Shown here: positions 1 to 9,490 of the stretch, piece after piece
How the letters are laid out: every line of letters begins with the position of its first letter
How positions within the stretch are numbered: the stretch's first letter is position 1
Virus record (IMG/VR): IMGVR_UViG_3300043149_000013
Coordinates: 1-56,208 of that record
Reading direction: 5' to 3' (one strand)
DNA length: 56,208 nt
DNA from: a virus
Taxonomy: Duplodnaviria > Caudoviricetes
Translations under genes and position numbers: made by a program
The notes under the pieces: generated by a model
What the model saw: the letters and a program-made list of their open reading frames with translations, nothing else
What the model was told of the DNA's origin: nothing
Database searches by the model: none

Positions 1-127
1 CGGTGCCTTCCTTGGTCTACCCGGCCGGCGCGGCCATCACCTTCGACATCACGAGCCTGCTATGCAGCGCTTCGGTGCCGCAAACCTACAATATCGACTT
101 TGAGGGAATCTGGAGGTTGCCATGCAG
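1..127. repeat. Terminal direct repeat, copy 1 (circular assembly overlap)
   Basis: 1-127 is identical to 56082-56208, and an ORF reads in frame across the junction. Confidence 0.97.
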
Positions 128-149
128 CGGCAGGAATCCCGGCTGGTAG
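1..149 (+). CDS. 3' end of the junction-spanning two-domain capsid-like protein (starts at 55319)
   Basis: Frame continues ...FPVPSLVYPAGAAITFDITSLLCSASVPQTYNIDFEGIWRLPCSGRNPGW, stop TAG at 147-149. Confidence 0.85.
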   Translation, partial: VPSLVYPAGAAITFDITSLLCSASVPQTYNIDFEGIWRLPCSGRNPGW

Positions 150-754
150 TTCCCCAAGTGTGCGACGGGTTTTCGTACAACGCGAACAACCTGTATCTGG
201 CCGGGCGGTATTGGCCGGATGCTCTCGCGCAATTGGACGTGTTGCGTCGCGCGAACAACTTCCGGGCTCGGTGGTGGGTGGTGCCGGACCCGCAGAATAA
301 CCCGGTGATCGCCGCCGACACGCTCTACTATCAGTTGGAAGTGTCGGCGGGGTCCTACCTGTGGGGATACAACTTCGCCAGTCTTTCCGCCGTCGATTCG
401 ACCAGCGGGGCTCCGGCTGAAACCACGGCCACGGACCTTTCGATTCAGGCGGTGGACTCTTGCTCTGGAGTACCGCTCTTCATGGACTTCGCGAATGGAG
501 GCGGGTGCCGCACGTCGGGCAGTTCGGGATTCCAGCCGATCCTTTTGACGCAACCGCGCCTGATTCTGGAACCCGGTCTGGTGAATATCCAGATCGCGAA
601 CAACACCACCACGAAGAACATCACCTGCCAGTGGCTCCTGTTGTTTGCCGAACCCTGCCGGCTGATCGATGAAGATGAGCGCAAGCGGGAATGGCGGATG
701 CTCCAAATCATGGGAGCCACGTCTGGCGGCCGCGCGCTTCCGGGGGTGCGGTAA
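122..754 (+). CDS. Putative virion beta-sandwich (jelly-roll-like) protein
   Basis: GGAGG RBS; alternating beta-strand pattern; PILLTQPRLILEPGLVNIQIAN loosely resembles the P-x-P-x-L-I motif of neighbouring proteins; lies in the structural operon. Confidence 0.6.
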   Translation: MQRQESRLVVPQVCDGFSYNANNLYLAGRYWPDALAQLDVLRRANNFRARWWVVPDPQNNPVIAADTLYYQLEVSAGSYLWGYNFASLSAVDSTSGAPAETTATDLSIQAVDSCSGVPLFMDFANGGGCRTSGSSGFQPILLTQPRLILEPGLVNIQIANNTTTKNITCQWLLLFAEPCRLIDEDERKREWRMLQIMGATSGGRALPGVR

Positions 755-1341
755 TGGGCAGTGCCATGATTCCCGGCCTGAACAACCGGTACTACCCGGT
801 GAACCTGCAGCAGAGATTGTTCCCTCCGAACATGTTCGACGCCTGCCTGTGCGATGAAACGCGTCTGTGGCAGGAGATCCAGCGGTGCGGCGGATTGCAG
901 GCCTTGTGCCCCGGCCACAAGTACAAGGAGCCGCCGTGGGTGAAGATGCCACCACAAGGAAAGCGCTTCCTGAAGCCGAACAGTATCGCCCTTCCCGATC
1001 CGGATGGAATTGACCACGTGGTGACCACCATCCGGGTACCGATGGGATACGACGGGGTGATTGTCTCCACGATCAACCTGTACACGGGGCAGAACTTCGC
1101 GGAAGGCTCGGGGGACCTCACCTGGCGAATCAAAATCAACCAGCACTACGCCAAGGACTACGGGGCCATTCTGACCACGATTGGTTCGATGCAGACCCCA
1201 TACAACATCAATTCGGGAGGCATTATTTTGCAATCCAACCAGCTTGTGCAATTCATTGTGAACCGATCCACCGCGAGCGCCGGAAACCTCAATGGTGGTC
1301 GAATCATTTGCACTTTCGCGGGTTGGTTTTGGCCGAGGTAA
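754..1341 (+). CDS. Putative vertex/penton-like beta-sandwich protein
   Basis: TAATG coupling to the upstream gene; VPMGYDG..YTG..FAEGSGDLTWRI..GWFWPR is clearly paralogous to the C-terminal half of 7401-8357. Confidence 0.65.
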   Translation: MGSAMIPGLNNRYYPVNLQQRLFPPNMFDACLCDETRLWQEIQRCGGLQALCPGHKYKEPPWVKMPPQGKRFLKPNSIALPDPDGIDHVVTTIRVPMGYDGVIVSTINLYTGQNFAEGSGDLTWRIKINQHYAKDYGAILTTIGSMQTPYNINSGGIILQSNQLVQFIVNRSTASAGNLNGGRIICTFAGWFWPR

Positions 1342-1343
1342 TT

Positions 1344-2441
1344 ATGAGAATGCGACACGCACTATTGCATGGAGTCTTGCGCGCGGCCCTGATTGCTTAT
1401 GGCCTGTCGCGCGTCCTCTGCGGGCAGACCTTCGTCACCCCGCAGCCGGACTGCAACATCTTTTTCAGTTTCACAGCCACGGGAACCCTGCCCCTCTCGC
1501 CGAACGCGGGGTACGACAACCGGACCAACGGCTGTATTGTCTGGCAGGTGACCAGTAACAACTCGGGATTCAGCGCCATCAATCTGGTGCTGCAGTCGGC
1601 GCCGAACAACGCCGGAGTGCCGGGTACTTGGGTCACCTACGCCGGAGCCACGGCGATTGCGGGAGCCAATCCGATCACAAGCACCACGCAGACCTACTTT
1701 ACGCTGGTCGGATACAACCCCTGGGTTCGCATCAATTTGAGCAGCAAAACAGGGAGCGGGGTAGTCAGCGGGTCGGCCCTCGGGTGGAGGAGCCTGGAAG
1801 CGGCCGGCGCGGCGGGAGTGGTGGTGATTACGACACCATCGAATGTGAATGTGGCGGATTGGGGAGGCGCAGCAACAAGCCTCGGGCAGAAGGCAATGGC
1901 CGCATCCGTCCCGGTTACGTGGGCAAGCGACCAGGCCGGAACCATCTCCAGCAATATCGCACAAGTAAATGGGCACACCGTTGTGGAAGCGGGTTTGTCT
2001 GGAACTCTTGGAGTGGGAGGGGGAGCCGCAACAGGAGCGGCCCCAAACTCGAATCCGATTCCAGCGGGGGAACTGGACTCTGCCGGGAACCTCATCACCC
2101 CGGACTACTGCACCCTCAAAGCGACCGTCAGCGGGGCAACCCTCATTACCGGAAACACGCAACTGGTAGCCGTCAGCGGATCGAAAACCATTCGTGTCTG
2201 CAAGTGGAGTTTCACCACGGACACATTAACGACGGCGCAACTGGTCACCGGGACCGGAGCCACATGCACATCGAGCACAGCCGAGACTGGCGTGTATTCA
2301 GGCGCAGGCGGGGGATTGTTCGGCGTGATTGAAGACTACCAATCACCACTCATTACGACCGCCGCGAAAACGCTTTGCTTGGCACTCTCCGCAGGCGTCA
2401 CGACGACAGGCGGGATAACGATCCTGTACTCACAACGATGA
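1344..2441 (+). CDS. Putative spike/virion surface protein with signal-peptide-like N-terminus
   Basis: Basic then hydrophobic N-terminus; G/T/S/A-rich beta composition. Confidence 0.6.
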   Translation: MRMRHALLHGVLRAALIAYGLSRVLCGQTFVTPQPDCNIFFSFTATGTLPLSPNAGYDNRTNGCIVWQVTSNNSGFSAINLVLQSAPNNAGVPGTWVTYAGATAIAGANPITSTTQTYFTLVGYNPWVRINLSSKTGSGVVSGSALGWRSLEAAGAAGVVVITTPSNVNVADWGGAATSLGQKAMAASVPVTWASDQAGTISSNIAQVNGHTVVEAGLSGTLGVGGGAATGAAPNSNPIPAGELDSAGNLITPDYCTLKATVSGATLITGNTQLVAVSGSKTIRVCKWSFTTDTLTTAQLVTGTGATCTSSTAETGVYSGAGGGLFGVIEDYQSPLITTAAKTLCLALSAGVTTTGGITILYSQR

Positions 2442-3517
2442 CCGCCAGACCAGTACACGTTCGGATTGTAGCTGTTTTGCTTGTGGCGATGATCGCAGGT
2501 GCCAGCGGGATTATCCCTGCCATCATTCCGCAAGCGGTTCCAGCAGCCAACAAGACCGGGACGGGTACGGTCTTTGTCCTCCAGCAGTCCCCGACGATCA
2601 ATACCCCGACGATCACCAGCCCAACAGTTACCGGTCAAATCGCCGCGACTACCAGCGCCGTGCAAATGCCTCCCTTTCTGGCGACCAATACCTTCACAAC
2701 CAACGCCAGCTACGTGTGGACCTTCAACGGACTCGCGCCGAATATCTCTCCCACTGGAGGCGCTCTGTTTCTCCTGGGGAAAGACACCTCCACTACGAAC
2801 AATTCCGCCTACTTCGCGTTCGTTTACGCAGGGTCGGGATTGACCACCAACCGATTGACGTTCGGATTTTTGAACAACGATAACGTCTTTAACGTGTATG
2901 CGACCGGAAGACTCGCTATAGCCACGGGTGCCACGGCACCGGTGAGCACCTTGGATGTCGGAGGCGGGATGTCGATCGGCACGTACGCCGGAGTAAACGC
3001 TCCACCCACAAACGGTATGGTCATCAGCGGAGGAATCGGCATCGGAAAGACCAGCGTCACCAGCGGCTTTCTGCTGGATGTCGCCAACCCGATTCAATCG
3101 ACATCGAGCGCAGTAAACACCGCTCCGGTGACGGTCACCAATACCTTCACGTCCAGCGGTTCGTATACCTGGGTCTACAACGGGATGGCTCCGAATATCA
3201 GCCCTACCGCGGGCGCTCTGATGCTCGTGGGGCACGACACCGGAACGACGAACAACGCGGCGTACTTCGGGTTCATTTATCAGGGCGGAAGCGGATCGAC
3301 CACAAACCGCGCGACGATTTCTTTCGTGAACAACGACGGCCTTTTCACTTTCCGAGCGGACGGGCGACTCGGCATCAATCAAATCGCTCCGACGACGGCC
3401 CTGGATGTCAACGGGACAGTTCACGCGACTGGATACCAATCTTCGGATGGCAGCGCGGGAGTTACGGTATCGGCCTGCACCTCTTTCAAGAACGGACTTT
3501 GCGTTGCTGGTACCTAA
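2438..3517 (+). CDS. Fibre-like protein with an internal duplication of about 95 aa
   Basis: ATGA coupling; signal-like N-terminus; two copies of TNTFT..SY.W..NG.APNISPT.GAL..G.DT.TTNN.AYF..TTNR..NND..GRL.I..AP..LDV.G; ends in FKNGLCV. Confidence 0.7.
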   Translation: MTARPVHVRIVAVLLVAMIAGASGIIPAIIPQAVPAANKTGTGTVFVLQQSPTINTPTITSPTVTGQIAATTSAVQMPPFLATNTFTTNASYVWTFNGLAPNISPTGGALFLLGKDTSTTNNSAYFAFVYAGSGLTTNRLTFGFLNNDNVFNVYATGRLAIATGATAPVSTLDVGGGMSIGTYAGVNAPPTNGMVISGGIGIGKTSVTSGFLLDVANPIQSTSSAVNTAPVTVTNTFTSSGSYTWVYNGMAPNISPTAGALMLVGHDTGTTNNAAYFGFIYQGGSGSTTNRATISFVNNDGLFTFRADGRLGINQIAPTTALDVNGTVHATGYQSSDGSAGVTVSACTSFKNGLCVAGT

Positions 3518-3518
3518 A

Positions 3519-3821
3519 ATGAAACCGGTGAATATTGCGCTGCTTGCTGTTGTTGTTGTCTTGTGTGGTGTGATTTTGTGCCTGATCGAATCGCCGTCCG
3601 TCAGGGCGCAAATTGCAAAGGCAACCGGGCAAGCCCCGTCCGTTCCTGCCGATCTTCGCTCTTCATGGTGGAGAGCCAACGCCGAAGCACTCGCGGCGGA
3701 AAAGGCGATGTACACGTGGCAAGGGAAAAGAGATCAAATCGGCGGCAAGATTCGGGAGATCTGCGGAAAGTTTCCCGTCGTTCCCGATGCGAATGGAGAG
3801 CCATCGTGCGGAGTCAAATGA
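3519..3821 (+). CDS. Small secreted or membrane helical protein
   Basis: Hydrophobic N-terminus; C-terminal Cys pair; directly follows the fibre gene. Confidence 0.55.
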   Translation: MKPVNIALLAVVVVLCGVILCLIESPSVRAQIAKATGQAPSVPADLRSSWWRANAEALAAEKAMYTWQGKRDQIGGKIREICGKFPVVPDANGEPSCGVK

Positions 3822-5365
3822 ATCGCTGGCTAGTGGCGGTGTTCGCCGTCGCGATGATCGGGTGCGAGATCCCAACCGGCTCTACGATCACAGACCACCA
3901 GGACGCCTCGCGAACCGCCTGGGTATCGACCGAAACCACACTGACCCCGGCCAACGTAACCGGCCTGCATAAACTCGGAAGGTACAACACCACGGGAACG
4001 GTGATGGCCCAGCCGCTTTACATCCCGAGTTTCACGGTAGCCGGTGGATCACGCAACGTGATTTTCAGTTGCGACATGGCGAACCACGTCTATCTGTTCG
4101 ATGCGGATTCGCCAGGCGCAGCGCCTTTAGCAACGAACAGTTTTGGCCCACCGAGAAGCGTTTACCTCCTGAATCAAGGGGGAGGACTTTACGGATTGCC
4201 GATAGGGTGCCTCTCTACCCCGGTAATCGACCTCGCCAACTCGCGGGCGTTCATCGTGCATTCCACCGACGTACCAACCTGGGTAATGCGATCCTTGGAC
4301 CTCGCCACCCTCACGGATCTGGTGCCGGCCGTTACCTTGACAGCGACAGCACCAGGAACCGGCGACCCGACGACACAGACCGGAATTCCCGACACCGTGA
4401 GCAATGGTATCGTCACATTCAACCCGCCGATGCAAATGCAGCGAACCCCGCTGGCGCTTTACAACGGCAGGGTATACGTGTGCTTTGGTTCCTACGGGGA
4501 CATTCACCCGACGCATGGGTGGGCGATGGCGCGAAACGTCAGCGATCTGAGTTCTGCAGGGTCCATGTGCATGTCGCCGTACGGCTCTCTGGCGAGCGTT
4601 TGGCAAACCAAGGGAGTGGCGATAGATTCTCAAGGGAACGTGATTCTTTCAACGGGAAACGGAGACTGGGACGGAAACCGAAATTGGGCGATGTCGGTCC
4701 TAAAGTTGACCCCATCGCTTTCGTTGATCGATTCATTCACCCCGTCGAACTGGAAAGCCCTCAGCGATGTTGACGCCGATTTGGGAAACACGGGATCGAT
4801 TCTACTGGAATCGCAAAATCAAATCGTCATCTCCAGCAAATCGGAAACCTTCTTTGCAATCCCGTACAACTGCATGGGAGGCTTAGGAGGCACGCAGCGC
4901 GGTTGCCCCGGAGTGCAGGAAGTCACGATCAACGCGCGTTCTCCCCTGGACCCGCGAGGCTCCTACGGCAGCGCTTTCTTTAACAACCTGGGATTGTTTT
5001 CCGATGCGGACCCGGACGGAACCGCCAATTTGTACGCTTCGATTTTATCGGGTGGAGTTTGGAGTCCGGTTTCCGCTACCGCGCAGGCGTGGGCATGGCC
5101 CGGCCCCGCGAGCATCTCTGTTTCGTCGAATGGAACGAACAACGGTATCGAGTGGGTAACGGTTCCGATATCGAGCAATGCAGAGGAAGCCGCCGCCGCT
5201 GGAATGCTGCTAGCGATTGATCCGAGCAGCCGCGCGGTGCTTTGGAGCAGCAACGCCCTTCCGGCAAATGCCCTTGGAACATTGAGCAAATTCTCCGCTC
5301 CGACTATCGCAAACGGAAAGGTCTACGTTTCCACGGCGCTAGGGATTGTCGTCTATGGACTGTAA
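3818..5365 (+). CDS. PQQ-like beta-propeller protein, lipoprotein-like signal
   Basis: MNRWLVAVFAVAMIGC leader; motifs ETTLTPANV, AQPLY, STPVID, QRTPLAL.NG.VY, TGNG, D.DLG and KFSAPTIANGKVYV recall acidobacterial PQQ-repeat proteins. Confidence 0.75.
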   Translation: MNRWLVAVFAVAMIGCEIPTGSTITDHQDASRTAWVSTETTLTPANVTGLHKLGRYNTTGTVMAQPLYIPSFTVAGGSRNVIFSCDMANHVYLFDADSPGAAPLATNSFGPPRSVYLLNQGGGLYGLPIGCLSTPVIDLANSRAFIVHSTDVPTWVMRSLDLATLTDLVPAVTLTATAPGTGDPTTQTGIPDTVSNGIVTFNPPMQMQRTPLALYNGRVYVCFGSYGDIHPTHGWAMARNVSDLSSAGSMCMSPYGSLASVWQTKGVAIDSQGNVILSTGNGDWDGNRNWAMSVLKLTPSLSLIDSFTPSNWKALSDVDADLGNTGSILLESQNQIVISSKSETFFAIPYNCMGGLGGTQRGCPGVQEVTINARSPLDPRGSYGSAFFNNLGLFSDADPDGTANLYASILSGGVWSPVSATAQAWAWPGPASISVSSNGTNNGIEWVTVPISSNAEEAAAAGMLLAIDPSSRAVLWSSNALPANALGTLSKFSAPTIANGKVYVSTALGIVVYGL

Positions 5366-6353
5366 GCCTGTTTGCAAAGCCGCGTGGTACGTGCTGATAT
5401 CCGCCCTTGCGTTGTGCGGGTCTGGAATTATCCCCGCGATTGCTCCACCATCGGTGGCTGCGCTTTTCAAACGAGGCAGCACCGGTACCAAGTTTCAAAT
5501 CGCAGGCGGCAGCACACCTGTACCGGGAGAGTGTCCTACCTGGGATGCGGACCTCAATTTAATTTCCTCCGGTATCAATCTGTGTGGAGGATCGGGCGGT
5601 ACAGCGGTGAACTCCTGGAACGGAGCAACTGGAACCGTCGTGTACAGCATCGAGCAAGGCGGCATACCAGTACTCAACAACCGCTTGAAACTGAATTTCA
5701 TCGGTGCAACAGTGGCCGACAATGCGGGGACGCAAGCAACCGACGTCACCATTGCGACCCCAACGAACCCCACCGTATTCGTTGTGCAAGGTGTCGCCGC
5801 CAGCGCCGCATCCGTAGCGTTCACAGCCAACGTGACCAGCGGAAACTATTTGTTCGTCACGACCGGAACGAACACCGCATTCCCGACGATAGCCGATACT
5901 CTCGGCACCAGCTTCACAGCGATTGATTCCGCGTCGAACGGATCTGGAAATTTCGGCAAGATGTGGTTTGGGCTGCTGGCTTCGAGCGGCGCCGACACGA
6001 TCACCCTCACATCTGGAACCGTTCAGAACGTGGCCGCGTTTGAACTGGTGCCGCCCTCTGGATTTTCAGGGACGCTGGACAACCACAGCACCAATAATGC
6101 TGGGAATCCGTTCTCCATCGCAACGACCGCCGCGAACAGCATCGTAGTGGTAGGGATCGCATTCAATCACACCAGCGTAACAAGCGGGCCGCGTGGGAGC
6201 ATCATTCCCGTAGCGCAAGCGAACAGCAACGACAGCGTTGCAACCGGCCTGAGTTTCATTCGAGTGCCTACCGCCTCAACGATCCAAGCAGGGCTCACGT
6301 ACACTTCGGGCGCACAAAACGACGCGATTGTCATCGCGGGGACTTTTCACTAA
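5355..6353 (+). CDS. Putative spike/fibre protein
   Basis: Signal-like N-terminus sharing SGIIPAI with 2438-3517; VNSWNGATG and LNFIGA fibre-like segments; T/S/A-rich. Confidence 0.6.
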   Translation: MDCKPVCKAAWYVLISALALCGSGIIPAIAPPSVAALFKRGSTGTKFQIAGGSTPVPGECPTWDADLNLISSGINLCGGSGGTAVNSWNGATGTVVYSIEQGGIPVLNNRLKLNFIGATVADNAGTQATDVTIATPTNPTVFVVQGVAASAASVAFTANVTSGNYLFVTTGTNTAFPTIADTLGTSFTAIDSASNGSGNFGKMWFGLLASSGADTITLTSGTVQNVAAFELVPPSGFSGTLDNHSTNNAGNPFSIATTAANSIVVVGIAFNHTSVTSGPRGSIIPVAQANSNDSVATGLSFIRVPTASTIQAGLTYTSGAQNDAIVIAGTFH

Positions 6354-7399
6354 TGGCCAACCTCTTTCGTATGAGTTGGGATTTTCTGGATACGAACATC
6401 GGCCTGCCGGCCTACTTCCTCCAGAACACGGCACAATGCCGGGTGGACCTCTCGGGTACGCTCTCGCGGACGGGTATCGGCTGCCTGGTGATCGACAGCG
6501 GCGCTTTTGGTCCGGTGTGGGGGATGCCGTCTTTACCCGGAACGGCGGGGTTCTTCTGGGGCGGGGCCGTGTGGCCGAACGTTCTTGCGGACAGCTCGGG
6601 GTTTGTGGTCTTCGGACTGGCGACCCTTCCGCCGCCGAACATCATCGACATCAACACCATCTTCTACATCATGGGAGACGGCAGTATCAAAGTCGTCCAG
6701 GGAAACGGCACCACGCAAATTGGACGGACGGCGGCCGGCATCATCACCTCCAGCGCGTGGAACTACATCGAAGTGCATGTGATTGAAAGTTCCACGGTGG
6801 GATCGGTCGAGATCCGGGTGAATGGCGTCACGCGCCTCACCCTGACGAATGTGAACACGCAGCCGCGGCCCACGGCGTCCAACGGATTCCAACTCCTCGG
6901 GTTTGGTGGTGGCGGTGCTTACCGCCATGACGACACGTACCTGAACGACAGCACGGGTCCGGCTCCGTTCAATGGTTTCCTCGGGCCAATCGAGGTCAAG
7001 GTAGGCGCACCGATCGCGGACAGCACACCGCTGCAAATGACACCATCGACGCCGGGCGCACACTATGTGCTGGTAGCGACCATTCCGGAGCAGATCGTAA
7101 CGAACGTGCAGGATGCCGTGGTGGGCCAGACGGACCAATACCTCTATTCAAATGGCAGCATCTTGGATTCGGATACGATTCTGGCCTTGAGCCATGAGTT
7201 GTACATGGGGCTTGCGGCGGCCGGGACGGGTTCTGCCGGCTCCAGCGTGGCAGGGGCAGCAGCGCCCAGTTCTGTGGCCCTCTCCACCACACCAATATTT
7301 CAGAGCACGATTCGCGTGACCAACCCGCAGACCGGCGTCTCCTGGGTAAAAGGAGATCTTGCCACTACCCCGCTAGGTCCGATTGTCGTAACGTCGTGA
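6353..7399 (+). CDS. ConA/laminin-G-like lectin domain virion protein
   Basis: WNYIEVHV..GSVEIRVNG..DDTYL..FLG pattern of the kind seen in phage receptor-binding proteins. Confidence 0.6.
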   Translation: MANLFRMSWDFLDTNIGLPAYFLQNTAQCRVDLSGTLSRTGIGCLVIDSGAFGPVWGMPSLPGTAGFFWGGAVWPNVLADSSGFVVFGLATLPPPNIIDINTIFYIMGDGSIKVVQGNGTTQIGRTAAGIITSSAWNYIEVHVIESSTVGSVEIRVNGVTRLTLTNVNTQPRPTASNGFQLLGFGGGGAYRHDDTYLNDSTGPAPFNGFLGPIEVKVGAPIADSTPLQMTPSTPGAHYVLVATIPEQIVTNVQDAVVGQTDQYLYSNGSILDSDTILALSHELYMGLAAAGTGSAGSSVAGAAAPSSVALSTTPIFQSTIRVTNPQTGVSWVKGDLATTPLGPIVVTS

Positions 7400-7400
7400 T

Positions 7401-8357
7401 ATGAGCGCCACTAAGGTTGGGCAATCCGTCATCCAGACCATTGTCACAGGGACCCCCAACATTCAGGTAGGGCAGGCGATTGTGCAGATGATCGTGCTGC
7501 CCGGCGTAGCGCCGCTTTCCATCATCTGCAACAATCCACCCCAAGCGGCAGTGGGCATTCCTTACTCTCATGCCTTCCCTGCCAGCGGAGGGACCGCGCC
7601 TTACACGTTCTCCGTGTCCGCCGGGTCTTTACCGCCCGGCATCACCTTGGACCCCGCCACGGGCATTGCAAGCGGCATACCGACCAGTTCGGCAACCTAC
7701 AATTTCACCATTCTGGTAACGGATGCGATGGGGTCTACCGCCTCGGTGTCGTGCTCCATTGCTTCTGTAATTTCGACCCCCAGCACGGGAGCCGGCGCGC
7801 CGCACGCCATGAACCCCGAGAAGTTGTGCCGGAAACCCAACGAGTACGACTGCTGCCTGTTCCTCGAAGAAGTGAAGGTCCGCAAGATCTGCTTTCCGCC
7901 GCTGTGCTCCATCCCGGAGGAATACCGGAACCTGCTGCCCTGGGACGATACGTTCGGGGCCGTGCCGGAACAGGCGGTGCCGTTCCGCGTGGCCAAGGGG
8001 ATTGCAACACCGACCAGCGCCGCGGGCGACCAGACGATTCTCGAAATGAAAGTGCCGGTGGGGTATGACGGGCTGCTGACGGGGATCTTTCAGATTTACA
8101 CCGGGCCTGGGTTTGCGCAGGGGTCGGGGGATATTCTCTGGCGATTGCGCATCGACCAGCACTTCGTGAAAGACCTGGGAGCCTCGCCCTACCAGTTGGG
8201 AAGTCCACAAGAGCCGATTCCAATGACGGAGGGGATGGTGTTGTGGTCGGGACAAACGGTAAGATATCTGGTGAATGTCCCCAACTTATCGGGTAACATT
8301 CAGAGTGGCAGTACACTGATTGTAGCGGGTGTGTTTGGGTTCTTCTGGCCTAGATAA
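7401..8357 (+). CDS. Putative-Ig (He_PIG-like) domain fused to a vertex-like beta-sandwich
   Basis: VGIPYS..ASGGTAPYTFSVSAGSLPPGITLDPATGIASGIPT..YNFTILVTD Ig motif; C-terminal half paralogous to 754-1341. Confidence 0.8.
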   Translation: MSATKVGQSVIQTIVTGTPNIQVGQAIVQMIVLPGVAPLSIICNNPPQAAVGIPYSHAFPASGGTAPYTFSVSAGSLPPGITLDPATGIASGIPTSSATYNFTILVTDAMGSTASVSCSIASVISTPSTGAGAPHAMNPEKLCRKPNEYDCCLFLEEVKVRKICFPPLCSIPEEYRNLLPWDDTFGAVPEQAVPFRVAKGIATPTSAAGDQTILEMKVPVGYDGLLTGIFQIYTGPGFAQGSGDILWRLRIDQHFVKDLGASPYQLGSPQEPIPMTEGMVLWSGQTVRYLVNVPNLSGNIQSGSTLIVAGVFGFFWPR

Positions 8358-8431
8358 TTTGGGACTGGCGTGCTGTTGGCTTCGACAGGCAGGTACGCAG
8401 CTATTGAACTGGAATGCCGGGGAGGGGTCGA

Positions 8432-8896
8432 TTGACTAAATTACAGCAACTCGCGGAAGCCATCGCCCATTATGAAGGCTTCTATGTCACCGAGAAGGAC
8501 GCGAAGACGCGCGGCATCGAATTTCCCACCATCCCGCAGCGCCTGCACAATCCCGGCGATTTGATTTACGACCATCAACCCGGCGCGGTCCCCTTCCCCA
8601 TCGTAGGCAAAGACGGGAAGACGCGGGTATTCGCCAAGTTCGAAATGCCGGAACAAGGGTGGGATGCACTCTACCATCAGATCCGGCTGGACGCTTCGCG
8701 CGGCGAAACGCTGCTGCAGTTCATCAACAAGTACGCCCCGGCAGCCGATGCCAACGACCCGCGCAGCTACGCGGCCTACGTCGCGCGGCAGTTGCACGTG
8801 CAGGTATTCGACCCGCTGCACAGCGTGATCGCGGAAGACGCCGCAGCGGACCCGCCGCCCCAAGTACCCCCGCCCGTAGGCCCATTCGAACCCTAA
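8432..8896 (+). CDS. Lysozyme-like endolysin/muramidase
   Basis: HYEG..RLHNPGDL..FAKF..G..AL..TL.QFINKYAP..ND..YA..VA pattern; TTG start after GGAGG (the ORF track starts at 8414). Confidence 0.7.
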   Translation: MTKLQQLAEAIAHYEGFYVTEKDAKTRGIEFPTIPQRLHNPGDLIYDHQPGAVPFPIVGKDGKTRVFAKFEMPEQGWDALYHQIRLDASRGETLLQFINKYAPAADANDPRSYAAYVARQLHVQVFDPLHSVIAEDAAADPPPQVPPPVGPFEP

Positions 8897-8900
8897 GGAA

Positions 8901-9248
8901 ATGGACATCAACATCAAAGAGGTGATCGGGGGAACGGGACTCGCGGCAGCCTTGCGGGTGATCTTCAAGTACATCAGGCGGAAGCAAATCCAGCCGGAGA
9001 GTATGAACTTGCAGGAGGCCGTCGAATTCCTGAAGCGCGCGGTCATGCGCATCGAATTCATCACGACCGACATCCCGTCGATGCGGGAACAGTTGGCCTT
9101 GCACGACATGCAAATCGAGCAGCAAAAGAAGATCAGCGAGACTACCCGCTTTGACCTCTTGAACTTCAAACAGCGAACGCGGGAAGATCTGGACGAACTG
9201 GGTTCCGAAGTGCAACGCATCAAGCGCCACATCGACCGCGACGCCTGA
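8901..9248 (+). CDS. Holin-like or coiled-coil membrane-associated protein
   Basis: AAGGA RBS; N-terminal hydrophobic helix then coiled coil; follows the endolysin. Confidence 0.45.
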   Translation: MDINIKEVIGGTGLAAALRVIFKYIRRKQIQPESMNLQEAVEFLKRAVMRIEFITTDIPSMREQLALHDMQIEQQKKISETTRFDLLNFKQRTREDLDELGSEVQRIKRHIDRDA

Positions 9249-9300
9249 AATCAAGCATCGGCCCTCAAACTGCCCTGGTAAACACCTAGGAGAATTTCTT

Positions 9301-9474
9301 ATGCCGTTTGTGGCCGTTCTGTGTTTGGTCCTTCTGTTCATCGCAGCCCTGGGGAGCACGTGGTGGTGGAGGACTGCGGAGCCTCTGTGGTACGGACATG
9401 CCGCGTTCCACTGGGGCATCTTCTTTCTCGCGCTCTACCTCACGTGGCCGGTATTGAAGGCGCTGGGGGTCTGA
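9301..9474 (+). CDS. 57-aa protein with two transmembrane segments (not in the ORF track)
   Basis: AGGAG RBS; MPFVAVLCLVLLFIAALGSTWWW...FHWGIFFLALYLTWPVLKALGV. Confidence 0.7.
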   Translation: MPFVAVLCLVLLFIAALGSTWWWRTAEPLWYGHAAFHWGIFFLALYLTWPVLKALGV

Positions 9475-9490
9475 TATACTGACCGTCGAA
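9472..9490 (+). repeat. 19-bp direct repeat, copy 1, containing extended -10 TGnTATACT
   Basis: TGATATACTGACCGTCGAA, identical at 9932-9950. Confidence 0.9.

Noticed and set aside
1-127. 127-bp terminal repeat as a biological direct terminal repeat
   Set aside because: The length equals a common assembler k-mer and it falls mid-gene, so it shows circularity only
2684-3415. Fibre repeat as a diversity-generating retroelement TR/VR pair
   Set aside because: No reverse transcriptase is present, and the differences are not adenine-specific
2336-3715. Long antisense ORFs here and at 23263-24402, 37877-39004 and 54734-55993
   Set aside because: They are shadows of real genes in GC-rich DNA, with no protein-like motifs
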